A DNA stretch of 64,000 nt. It comes from an uncultured delta proteobacterium (lineage in GTDB: Bacteria; Desulfobacterota; Syntrophorhabdia; Syntrophorhabdales; WCHB1-27). A program made the position numbers and the translations under genes. Shown here piece by piece: positions 50,667-60,825 of the stretch. Where the stretch lies: positions 96,001 to 160,000 of the forward strand of contig CAWEPK010000016.1 in the NCBI GenBank assembly GCA_963810935.1. The letters run 5' to 3'. The notes under the pieces were generated by a model that saw only the letters and a list, made by a program, of their open reading frames with translations, had not been told where the DNA came from and did no database searches. Numbering within the stretch: the stretch's first letter is position 1; the number at the start of each line of letters is the position of its first letter.

Positions 50667-51626
50667 ATGGCTGATAAACTAAAGCTCGCCCTGTACTGGG
50701 CTGCATCTTGCGGCGGCTGCGATATAGCCATTGTCGAGCTGCGCGAGAAGATACTCGTTGTCGACCAGGTAGCCGACATCGTCTTCTGGCCGGTCGCCGT
50801 AGATGCGAAGTATAAGGACGTGGAGGCCATGCCCGACGGCCATATCGATGTCTGCCTTTTCAACGGGGCAATCCGCACGAGCGAGAACGAGCACCTGGCC
50901 CACCTCCTGCGGAAGAAATCGAAGGTCCTCGTTGCGTTCGGCTCCTGCGCGAACGAAGGCTGCATGCCCGGCCTGGCCAACCTTTACGACAGGCAGTCGA
51001 TTTTCGACTATGCCTATCTGGAGTCTCCCTCTGTGGACAACCCCGACAAGGTCGTCCCGCAGACGCATAACAATATGCCGGAAGGGGAGATAGAGATACC
51101 GAAGTTTTACCAGACGGTGAAGACATTATCACAGGTCGTCGACGTGGACTACCACATACCCGGCTGTCCCCCGCAGGCCCCCCAGATATGGGCCGTGATA
51201 GAGGCGATAGTGCAGGGTAAGCTGCCTGAGAAAGGGAGCGTGGTAGGCGCAAACGATAAGACAGTCTGCGACGAGTGCAAGCATGAGCGCAAGGAGAAGG
51301 CGATAAAGAAGTTTTACCGCACCTACGAGATCATCCCCGACTCCACGCAATGCCTTTTCGATCAGGGCCTGATCTGCGCGGGACCGGCCACGAGGGGCGG
51401 CTGCGGCGCGCTTTGCACCAAGGTCGACGTGCCCTGCCGTGGCTGCTACGGCGCCCCGCCCCACGTCGTGGACCAGGGCGCTGCCCTGATGTCTGCCGTG
51501 GCGTCCGTCGTGGATGCGGATACGGAAGAGGAGGCCGCGCGCATCGTGGGCGAGATTGCCGACCCTATCGGGACCTTCTACCGCTTCGGTCTCCCGGCGT
51601 CGCTCTTACACCGGCGGAAGATGTGA
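50667..51626 (+). CDS. mvhG: Group 3c [NiFe] hydrogenase small subunit MvhG
   Basis: ASCGGC, GSCA, PGCPP, VCDEC, C.GPATRGGCG..C....PCRGC; SD AAGGAGG. Confidence 0.93.
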   Translation: MADKLKLALYWAASCGGCDIAIVELREKILVVDQVADIVFWPVAVDAKYKDVEAMPDGHIDVCLFNGAIRTSENEHLAHLLRKKSKVLVAFGSCANEGCMPGLANLYDRQSIFDYAYLESPSVDNPDKVVPQTHNNMPEGEIEIPKFYQTVKTLSQVVDVDYHIPGCPPQAPQIWAVIEAIVQGKLPEKGSVVGANDKTVCDECKHERKEKAIKKFYRTYEIIPDSTQCLFDQGLICAGPATRGGCGALCTKVDVPCRGCYGAPPHVVDQGAALMSAVASVVDADTEEEAARIVGEIADPIGTFYRFGLPASLLHRRKM

Positions 51627-51666
51627 TGCAGACGCAGGGTCCGAAGACTGCTATAAGGAGAGCGCT

Positions 51667-53131
51667 ATGAAGAAGATAAGCATTGATCCCGTGACCCGGC
51701 TCGAAGGACACGGAAGGATAGACATCTTCCTCGACGACCAGGGCGAGGTGGCCAATGCCTATATGGTCATCCCCGAGCTTAGGGGTTTCGAGAAATTCTC
51801 CCAGGGGAGGCGGGTCGAAGAACTGACGGACATTACGCCCCGCATCTGCGGCGTCTGTCCCGAGGCGCACCACCTCGCCGCAACCAAGGCCACCGACGAG
51901 GTGTTCCACGTCGAGCCGCCGCCGACGGCAAAGAAGCTGAGAGAGCTTTTTTACTCCGCCTTTTACGTAGCGGACCACACGGTCCACTTCTATATCCTGG
52001 GCGGGCCCGACTTCGTGATGGGCCCCGACGCCCCCGTGGCAGAGAGGAACATCCTCGGCGTGATCCACAAGGTCGGCGTTGAGATAGGCTCGAAGGTGAT
52101 CGAAGCCAGGGGCAAGGCGATGGACATCATCGGCATGCTTGGCGGCAGGAAGGTCCATCCCACCTTCGGCATCGCCGGAGGCGTCATGAAGGGCCTCACC
52201 GAAGAGGAGAGGAAGCAGGTGGAGCAGACCGCCGGGGACTCGATAGAGTTCGCGCTGTTCACCCTGAAGCTCTTCAAGGACATCGTCCTTGCAAACAAGG
52301 ACTACCTCGACCTGATCATGTCGCCTATTTTCACCATGCCCACGTACTATATGGGTATGGTGGACGACAACAACAAGGTGAACTTCTACGACGGGAAGAT
52401 AAGGGTAGTAGACCCGGACGGCAAGGAGTTCGTAAAGTACGCGCCGAAGGATTACCTGTACAACGTGGCAGAGCGCGTGGAGCCGTGGACGTACCTGAAG
52501 TTCCCGTACCTTAAGAATGTGGGCTGGAAGGGCCTTACTCTGGGCAAAGACTCCGGGGTGTACCAGGCAACGCCGCTCTCGCGCCTCAATGCTGTCGGAC
52601 GGTATGGCTACGTCCTTGGCGCAGCAGGCATATGAGGAGATGTACAAGACCTTCGGCCATAAGCCCGTGCACAATCTCCTTGCTACACATTGGGCGCGCC
52701 TGATCGAGTTGCTCTATGCAGCCGAGCGCCTGCAGGAGCTGGCCAAAGACAAGACCATCACAGACACGAAGATCCGCAACATACCCACGGAGAAGCCGAC
52801 GGAAGGCGTCGGCATCGTCGAGGCGCCCAGAGGGACGCTTACGCACCACTATGTAACCGATGAGAAGGGCATCGTAACGAAGGCGAACCTTATCGTGGGC
52901 ACGACCAACAACTACGCGCCCATCTCGATTGCCATAAAGCAGGCGGCGCAGGGGCTTATCAAGAAGGGCGTGGAGGTGACGGAAGGGATACTCAACCGTG
53001 TCGAGATGGCCTTCCGGCTTTACGATCCATGCTTCGGCTGTGCCACGCATACACTGCCGGGCAGGATGCCCCTGGTCATTAATATAATGGACCCGAGCGG
53101 CGAAGTGGTAAGACAGATTAAAAGGGATTAG
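51667..53131 (+). CDS. mvhA: Group 3c [NiFe] hydrogenase large subunit MvhA, interrupted by +1 frameshift near 52594
   Basis: TRLEGHG, L1 RICGVC, EAPRGTL.H, L2 YDPCFGCATH plus cleavable tail. Removing one base gives continuous LNASDGMAT. Confidence 0.88.
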
Positions 53132-53149
53132 GGAGTTTACCCGGTAGAC

Positions 53150-53189
53150 AAGAACAGCCCGCTTTCCGGTAGAAGCGGGCTGTTCTTTT
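53150..53189 (+). terminator. Rho-independent terminator after mvhA (possibly bidirectional)
   Basis: AAGAACAGCCCGCTT/AAGCGGGCTGTTCTT 15-bp stem ending in a T-run. Confidence 0.8.
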
Positions 53190-53215
53190 ATATGGGCCGG
53201 CCTGCGTGCGCGGGG

Positions 53216-55105
53216 CTACGCCTTGAAACGCATGTCCAGCAGGTACTCCGTCCGGAGGGTCTTGCGCTTCAGGTCGAACTCCGCCTTCTCTAAGAGGCGG
53301 AGGGCCGGCTCGTTTTCTTTGGCGATCTTCGCAGTGAAGCCAAGGAGGCCGCGCCTGCGCGCTATGCGCTTCAGGTACCAGAGTATCTCCGTTCCCACGC
53401 CCAGGTTGCGGCTGTCCTCCCTTACGAGCACCGCGAGCTCGGCGATGTGCCGGTCATCGCTGACGACGTATTTGCCTAAGCCGACGAGCTTCTCTTCGTT
53501 GTCGCGCTTGAGGAGCGCAAGTATGGCCATCTCCCGCGTATAATCTATGAGTCCCGATTCGTCGGGCTCATGGAGGGCGTGGAGGAACTTGCTGCACGTC
53601 TCTCCGTACGTCTCGACAGGGAGCGGGGATAGTAGCTCCCTGAGCATCGCCTCATCGGTCGCCTTTACGGGTCTCAGGAAGATCTCAAGGCCGGTTTTGG
53701 TCTTGCGCCGCGCCTCCAGGTGCTCGGGATAGAGGCCCTTCTTGCCCAGCGCGTAAATGCGGCTCTCGTAGACCAGGCTCTGTTTTTTCGCCTGCTCGAG
53801 CAGCGCAGGCTGAAAGGCGGGATGAGCTATGGCGATGAGGGACATCGCCCTTTCCCGGAGGTTCCTCCCGTGGATGTACGCTATACCGTATTCAGTGATG
53901 ACGTAATGTATGTCGCCCCGCGTCAGGGTGACCCCGGCGCCCTCTTTCAGGGAAGGCACGATCCTCGATACCGTCCCGTTGCGGGCCGTAGACGGGAGGA
54001 CCAGGATGCTCTTTCCGTAAGGCGCCATGGCCGCGCCCCGCATGAAATCGGCCTGGCCCCCGATACCGCTGTAGAAGCTGCTGCCGAGGGATTCGGACGT
54101 GGCCTGGCCCGTGAGGTCGATCTCCAGGGCGCTATTGATGGCGGTCATATTGTTTATCTGCGAGATGACAGACGGGCTGTTCGTATAATCTATTGTCTTG
54201 AACTCGAAGGTGGGGTTGTCGTTAACGTATGCATAGGTGTTCTTCTTGCCCATGCAGAACGCGGCGACGGTCTTGCCCGTATCGATGTTCTTACGTTTGT
54301 TGTTGACGACCCCTTTTCTCATCAGGTCCACCAGGCCGTCCGTCAAAAGCTCCGTGTGGACGCCCAAATCGTGCTTCGTACTGAGGTACGAGATGACGGC
54401 CGAAGGTATGCTTCCGTAGCCGACCTGTATCGTGTCGCCGTCCTCCACGATGTTGCTCACGTATTTCCCCATGCGCCTGACCGTCTCGTCGGGACGGTCC
54501 GTCTCGTACTCTAAAAGCGGCTCGTCGTGGGTCAGCAGGAAGTCCACCTGGCCGATATGGACGAAGCTGTCCCCGTGGACGCGCGGCATATTGGAGTTGA
54601 CCTGGGCGATTACGAGCGATGCAAGCTGCACGGCTTCCTTAACTATATCGACGCTGATGCCCAGGCTCATATACCCGTGCTCGTCCGGCGGCGACGTCTG
54701 TATGAGCGCCACGTCGATGGGGATGGTATGGCGCCTGAGCAGGGCGGGTACCTGCGAGAGAAATATGGGTATGTAATTTGCCTCGCCCTTGTTGACGGCA
54801 TCACGCGCGTCCTTCCCGATAAAGAAGGAGCTGCGGCGGAAATTACTCCCGAACTTTTCAGAAACCTGCGGGTCTACGCCGAGCGTCCAGATATGAAGCG
54901 CCTCCGCATAGGAAAACGTAAGCGGGTGCGACTCCACGTAACGTATCAGCGCGTTCACCAGGTACTGCGGCTCTCCGCACGCCGTGCCGATGAAAATCCT
55001 GTCGCCTGCCTGGATTTGGCTGAATATCTGGTCTTCCGGAATAAACTTCTCCGGATAGGTCTTCATCATCTTACGCATGACCGAGCCTTCCTGCCTGCTT
55101 TGCAC
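53216..55105 (-). CDS. Acetyl-CoA hydrolase/CoA-transferase fused to C-terminal GNAT domain
   Basis: DVALIQTSPPDEHGYMSLG, catalytic HTE, GIGGQADF, VITEYGIA; GNAT IDYTREMA, RNLGVG. Start is 55105 or 55078. Confidence 0.9.
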   Translation of the reverse strand: MQSRQEGSVMRKMMKTYPEKFIPEDQIFSQIQAGDRIFIGTACGEPQYLVNALIRYVESHPLTFSYAEALHIWTLGVDPQVSEKFGSNFRRSSFFIGKDARDAVNKGEANYIPIFLSQVPALLRRHTIPIDVALIQTSPPDEHGYMSLGISVDIVKEAVQLASLVIAQVNSNMPRVHGDSFVHIGQVDFLLTHDEPLLEYETDRPDETVRRMGKYVSNIVEDGDTIQVGYGSIPSAVISYLSTKHDLGVHTELLTDGLVDLMRKGVVNNKRKNIDTGKTVAAFCMGKKNTYAYVNDNPTFEFKTIDYTNSPSVISQINNMTAINSALEIDLTGQATSESLGSSFYSGIGGQADFMRGAAMAPYGKSILVLPSTARNGTVSRIVPSLKEGAGVTLTRGDIHYVITEYGIAYIHGRNLRERAMSLIAIAHPAFQPALLEQAKKQSLVYESRIYALGKKGLYPEHLEARRKTKTGLEIFLRPVKATDEAMLRELLSPLPVETYGETCSKFLHALHEPDESGLIDYTREMAILALLKRDNEEKLVGLGKYVVSDDRHIAELAVLVREDSRNLGVGTEILWYLKRIARRRGLLGFTAKIAKENEPALRLLEKAEFDLKRKTLRTEYLLDMRFKA

Positions 55106-55288
55106 GACTTAAGCTCCTTCCTTGATCGGCCCTATGAAAAGGTAACGCAGCATCTGAAGTGTACCACTATACCGAAGACTTTTATATCTGCAAATGGGCG
55201 TGGCGCGCCGGCCGGCAAGCGCGTTTTTTCTTTTGCCTTTAAGCGTGTCGCCGCACAGGCGATAAATATCTTTGGGGAGATACGCTCG

Positions 55289-57430
55289 ATGTACGAAACC
55301 CGACCACGAAAGGAGCACCCGCAGGGCGCGATAACCGTGCTTTACGCCGCGATACCGGCCGGCGCAGAAGGGCAGGGGCCTGACGGCGCACATGGTGGCC
55401 CTGCCGACCACAAGGGCCTGGAGACGCTCTCGAGGATCGCGGCGGAAAAAGGGGGGACTATAGTCAGGAAGGGCGACTATACCCTTCTTGCCTGCTTCAC
55501 CGACCCCGTCGGGGCGGTCAGGGCCGCGATCTTGATGCAGGGCGGCCCGCCGGTAGAAGGGGGCGGCGAGTGCTCGTCGGAGGTGCGGATCGTGCTTCAT
55601 CACGGCAGCGGGTCCTTCAGCGACGGGGCCATCCACGGCGACATTGCCGTTTTCGCGGCGGAGGCCGGGCGCATTGCGAAGGCAGGCCGCATCTACGTCT
55701 CTTCCGCCGTCTCGGTCGCCGTAAGGGACGTTAAGGCGGTCGAGCTGAAGCCCGTGGACGTGACTCAGCGGTTGCTTTCCGGGCACCGGGCCTTCTACGA
55801 TCTGGTCTGGCGCGGCGATGCCGACGCAGCCGGCGCCGGACAGGACGGCCCTGTCTTCTTCGCCCACAGCCGGGCCCTGCTCGAAGGAGACTACCGCCCG
55901 TGTTTTTACTGTGGGGCGCGAAGACATCCCGCGAGCGATTGCCCATCGAAGCACCTGCTCTACCGGACCCGTGGACTGGCTGGACTCGGCCGTTTATCGA
56001 TCGGCGAGATCAACGAGCGTTTTGCGCAATATCTCGACAGTGCGGAGGGGGAAAGGCTTTCCGTGCCTGCGGATGCGGATATCGATATGGTAGACCCCGT
56101 CTATCTCGTCCCTTTAGCCTTTTACGAGCTGAGAAAGGCCTTCCAGATACGTTTCATGAACGTCATATGGAGCGCTTCGCCGAGAGACGAGTGGTATAAG
56201 GTCAGGGAAGTCGGAAGGGAGACTTCGGCCAAGGGCGGCGTGCTCTGGATCGCCCGCGACTGCATTCGCGTCTCCGACCTGAACGAAGCGGAAAAACTCT
56301 TAATGCGGTACGGCAGGCAGAACCGGGATGACTACAGGGCGGCGTGCGGGCTGGCCTTCATAAAAATGGAGCGGGAGGAATACAGGGACGCTTGCGACCT
56401 TTTCCGTGAGGCCCTCGAACAGGCCGTGAGTCCCGCCCAGAAGACATATTTACATCTCCTTATGTCCCGCATCTGGGAGCTGCTGGAGAAGCGTGACAAG
56501 TCGCTGGAGGCGCTAAAAGAAGCAATCAGGATCGAGCCTTACTGTCTGGAGGCGAAATTCGAGGATGCGGCCCGCCATTTTCAATTGGGGCGGCAGACGG
56601 ACGGCCTCAACCGGCTTATCAAGCTGCTCAAGCTCTCACACGAATTCTATCTCCCGGCCCTCATCTCCCCCGAGTTGGCCGAATTCCGCCCGGCCATCGC
56701 CTCCGAGCTCGACAAGCTCCGCGTGGAGGTCCTGATAGGGGCGCGGGAGGCGGCAAAAGAGGCGGACGCCGCCGTAGCCGGGCTTACGCGGTTTCTCGGG
56801 ACCGGAGACGAGGGAGCGGCGGAGGTATTGTCGATACAGGAGCACCTTCACGGGCTGCTGGCCAAGCCGGAGGCGTTCCTTTTATGTCGCGAGGCAATGT
56901 ACACGGCGCAGCGCATCGTGGGCGACTGCCGTGCAATCGAGATAGAGCGTGCAGGCGACGTCCGGAAAGTAGTTAAAGAGCTTTCAGAGCGTGCCGGAGC
57001 GATGGTCAGGGGAGTTTCGGCTGCCGCCAGGATGGGGTTGCAAGTCCGTCCCATCCAGGAGCGCCTGAAGGGAGTCGAGGGAGACCTGAGCCGGCGCGAG
57101 CCTTTTGCCCGCTGCCTGGAGCAGTGCGTGCAGTTGTCGCGGGAGCTGGACGGGGCCGAAGAAGTGGCGAGACGATGGAAGGAGCGAGTCGAGCTATTAC
57201 GCGCCTGCGGTACGTTTCTTACGGACCTTTGTTTTGTCCTTTTTGTGACCGTTATAACCGGCCTGGTGCTCTTCCCCGGTGTCCTTCACTGCCTTGACGC
57301 GCTCAATTCAGGTTGGGGGCTCTCATCGGTCGAGCTGTGGCCCGTTCAGAAATCCGTCCTTATCATCGGGGCCGTCCTCGCGGTAGGGCTTGCCATCGGC
57401 CACGCCTTCATGGGCAGGCTAAGGGCTTAA
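55289..57430 (+). CDS. Degenerate class III nucleotide-cyclase-like domain, CCHC knuckle, TPR repeats, two C-terminal TMs
   Basis: SD GGGGAG then ATG 55289. GGTIVRKGD..LLACF..AV.AA..MQ, VRIVLHHG; CFYCGARRHPASDC; TPR-like helices; hydrophobic C-terminus. Confidence 0.7.
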   Translation: MYETRPRKEHPQGAITVLYAAIPAGAEGQGPDGAHGGPADHKGLETLSRIAAEKGGTIVRKGDYTLLACFTDPVGAVRAAILMQGGPPVEGGGECSSEVRIVLHHGSGSFSDGAIHGDIAVFAAEAGRIAKAGRIYVSSAVSVAVRDVKAVELKPVDVTQRLLSGHRAFYDLVWRGDADAAGAGQDGPVFFAHSRALLEGDYRPCFYCGARRHPASDCPSKHLLYRTRGLAGLGRLSIGEINERFAQYLDSAEGERLSVPADADIDMVDPVYLVPLAFYELRKAFQIRFMNVIWSASPRDEWYKVREVGRETSAKGGVLWIARDCIRVSDLNEAEKLLMRYGRQNRDDYRAACGLAFIKMEREEYRDACDLFREALEQAVSPAQKTYLHLLMSRIWELLEKRDKSLEALKEAIRIEPYCLEAKFEDAARHFQLGRQTDGLNRLIKLLKLSHEFYLPALISPELAEFRPAIASELDKLRVEVLIGAREAAKEADAAVAGLTRFLGTGDEGAAEVLSIQEHLHGLLAKPEAFLLCREAMYTAQRIVGDCRAIEIERAGDVRKVVKELSERAGAMVRGVSAAARMGLQVRPIQERLKGVEGDLSRREPFARCLEQCVQLSRELDGAEEVARRWKERVELLRACGTFLTDLCFVLFVTVITGLVLFPGVLHCLDALNSGWGLSSVELWPVQKSVLIIGAVLAVGLAIGHAFMGRLRA

Positions 57431-57635
57431 AGGCGTGACCAGGTCGAAATATTAGCAGTCCCTCCGGCGCCTGATTTACCGTCGTTTACATTAAACAATG
57501 ACTCTGATATCATTTATACTCATAATTTTCAATGCCTTATGGCGAGGACAGGACGGGGATGGGCGGTTGCCCGGGTGACCGGGCGTGTGGACGGTTGTCC
57601 GCACGGTAATTGGTCCGTATTTTAAGGGAGACGCC

Positions 57636-60627
57636 ATGAAAGAAGGAAAAAACCGGAAAGAAATAAAGGGGCGCGCGCTGGTTAAGGAGACCGGGCAGCC
57701 CGAAAAGCGGAGTAAGGCGGCGCAGGTTGCGGAGGCGCGAGCCGAAAAAGGCGCCGCCGAGGAAGAAAGGCTGCCGGTCATCGGCATAGGCGCATCAGCC
57801 GGGGGGCTTGAGGCCTTCGAGCTCTTTTTCCGCAATTTACCTGTGGACACAAACGCCTCCTTCGTGCTCATCCAGCACCTTGGCCCCGATCAGCCGAGCA
57901 TTTTGCGCGACCTGGTGGACCGCTTCACCAAGCTGCCCGTGCACGAGGCTAGCGAGGGCATGAAGATCCAGCCGAACCACGTGTACGTCATCCCGGTGAA
58001 GGTCTATATGGCGCTGGACGACGGCATCCTCAGGCTCACTGAGCGCACCGGGGTGCGCCCCCATATCCCTATGCCCATCGATTTCTTTTTCCGCTCCCTT
58101 GCAAGGGAGCGAGGGGAAAAGGCCGTGGCGATCCTCCTTTCGGGGACCGGGACGGACGGCACGCTGGGCATCCGGGACATAAACGGCGCGGGCGGTGTCA
58201 CCATGGTCCAGGAGCCGAGCGATTCCCGCTTCCCAGGCATGCCTGAAAGCGCGATAAACTCCGGCCACGTCGATTACGTGCTGCCTGCCGCAAAAATGGG
58301 CGACCAGCTCAAGCAGGTCCTCGACCAGCTCCTGCCTGCTGCGGCCCGCAAGCGGCCGACCCCGCCCACGAAGCTCGAGAGCGTCCTCAGCCGCATCCTT
58401 ACCCTGGTCCGTGTGCAGACGCATCATGATTTCTCGCACTACAAGAAGAGCACCATCGTCAGAAGGATTGAGCGGCGCATGCTCCTCCACGCCATATCGG
58501 ACGCGGAAGGATATGTGCGCTACCTGGAGCAGCACAGGGAAGAGGTGCTCCTCCTTTTCAACGAATTCCTGATCCGCGTCACGAGCTTCTTCCGCGACCC
58601 GGACGCCTTTGAGACGCTCAAGCGCGACGTCCTGCCGCGCCTCATGGACGGCAAGCCCGAGGACTACACGGTCCGTATCTGGGTCCCCGGCTGCTCCACG
58701 GGCGAGGAAGCTTACTCGATTGCGATGGCCTTTTACGAATATCTCGACGGGCACAAGAGAGGCAACGAGATTCAAATATTCGGGACGGACATAGACACGG
58801 CCGCAGTCGACAGGGCGCGCACTGGCGCTTATCCCGCCAATATCGCGGGCGATGTAAGCGAGGAGCGCCTTCGTCGCTTTTTCATAAGAGATGACAACGG
58901 CTATCGGGTGAAGAAGGATGTGCGGGAGAAGATCGTTTTCGCGGTCCAGGACATTATCAAGGACCCGCCCTTCACGCGCCTCGATCTGCTCTCGTGCAGG
59001 AATGTCCTCATCTATCTGGATTCCGAGCTTCAGAACCGCGTCATACCGCTCTTTCACTACAGCCTGAAGCCGGGAGGCATACTTTTGCTGGGACCTTCCG
59101 AAGGTATTGCCTCCTTCTCGGACCTTTTCGAGGCTGTCGATAAGAAGTGGAAGGTTTTCGACGCCCGCATCTCCACTACGGCCAGACCGGCCCTGCCGGA
59201 GGCCCTCACGTGGACGCCGTTCAAGGGCAGGTCCAAAGAGCAGGCGGACCAGAGACCGAGCGAGGTGATCATTGCCGACGTGATCCGCAGGCGCTTGCTT
59301 CGCCATTTCACCCCTCCCGCGGTCGTCGTCGATGAAAGAGGGAATATCGTTTTCATCCAGGGAGAGACGGGTAAATATCTTCAGCCCCCCGAGGGCTCTC
59401 CCCACATGAACGTCTTCGACATGGCGCGGGAGGGCATGCGCACGGAGGCACGCCTGGCTCTGGCGAACGCCGCCGAGCAGAAGAAAGAGGTAGTTTACAA
59501 CGACCTGCCGGTCAAGACCAACGGCGGGATACAGCGCGTGACCCTGCGGGTCCTTCCCCTTTCGGACCCCGGCACGGAGGGCATGTATCTCATAATCTTC
59601 GAGGAAGCAAAAGCCTCCGGCGAGAAAGAAGCCAAGGAGAAGCGCGCAGGCACGAAGCACGAGGTAAAGCTCGTCGAACACCTGCGGGAAGAGCTTCGCC
59701 TGACCAAGGAGCACCTGCAGGCGACGGTCGAGGAGTTACAATCCTCGAACGAAGAGCTCGAGGTCGGCCAACGAAGAGCTCCAATCGACGAACGAAGAAG
59801 TGCAGTCGACGAACGAGGAACTTGAGACGTCGCGTGAAGAGCTGCAATCCGTTAACGAAGAGCTCGTCACGGTGAACGCCGAGCTGCAATCGAAGATCGA
59901 GCAGCTTTCCAGGACCGAGGTAGACATGAAGAACCTCCTGGAAGGCATGAGGGTCGCAACCGTCTTCATCGACAGCAACCTGCGCGTCGTCCGTTTCACT
60001 GAAGAGGCGATCAAGCTTATCAACCTCATACCAACCGACGTGGGCAGGCCGCTGTCGGACATCGTCACCAAAGTGAAGTACGATAAGATGATCGAGGATG
60101 CAGCGTCCGTCCTCCAGACGCTCCAGTACAGAGAGACCGACGTCCAGCTCGATAACGGCGAATGGTATCACATGCGTATCATGCCTTACAAAAACCAGGA
60201 GCAGGTAATCCAGGGCGTTGTTCTAACTTTCAGCGTTGCCGGGCAGCGGACGCTGGTGGAGAAGCTGATTGCCTCGATGCAGGAATTTGCAGCGGACATG
60301 GTGGAAGGCTCGCCGAACCCGACTGCCGCCCTCGATAGCGATTTCAGGGTCGTTGCCGCAAACGGCGCGTTCTGCGAGTTATTCAAGGTGACGGGGGACG
60401 GTTGCTCCGGCCGGACCGTCTTCAGCGTGACTGCGGGCCGCATCGAAGAAAAAGAGTCGAAGGAGCTTCTCCAGAGCAAGTTCGGCCGGAAGGACAGGAC
60501 TATCAATGGGACGGTCCGCTTTAAGGGCGACGGGGCGGTGCAAAGCCTTGCCGTCGGCCTGCGAAAGATAGAGGCCATCGACAAAAGGCTGCCTTCCATT
60601 TTGCTGAGCATGAAGCCGGCGGGATAG
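57636..60627 (+). CDS. CheB/CheR fusion with coiled coil and PAS domains, +1 frameshift near 59760
   Basis: CheB GIGASAGG, IQH, SGTGTDG; CheR VTSFFRD, GCSTGEEAYS, SCRNVLIY. The ELQSxNE heptads continue after removing one G. Confidence 0.88.
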
Positions 60628-60825
60628 AAGGCGTGACATTCTTGCCGACTGGTCTTGGCGTAATTTAGTAGACTTCCGTCTCTGACATTTCCGCACCATA
60701 GAAACGCCCAAAAGATCAAGGACGATACTCGCACCGTTTCCGGATATGACGCTATCCAGCCGGGTGGAACCGGGTCCGCCGTTATTTGACAATTTCGGGA
60801 AGCGGACCCAGGTTAATCGTAAAGC

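Noticed and set aside
52517..53131. Naturally split hydrogenase large subunit (VhuA/VhuU-like) or programmed frameshift
   Set aside because: The break is mid-protein with no convincing SD/start or slippery site; deleting one base restores the protein.
54527..55288. N-terminal 254 aa of the 967-aa track ORF
   Set aside because: Mostly antisense to the hydrolase/GNAT gene; a good SD plus ATG exists at 55289.
59720..59890. 21-bp periodic repeats that could suggest a CRISPR or VNTR
   Set aside because: They encode the ELQSxNE coiled-coil heptads normal for CheB/CheR fusions; no spacers or cas genes.
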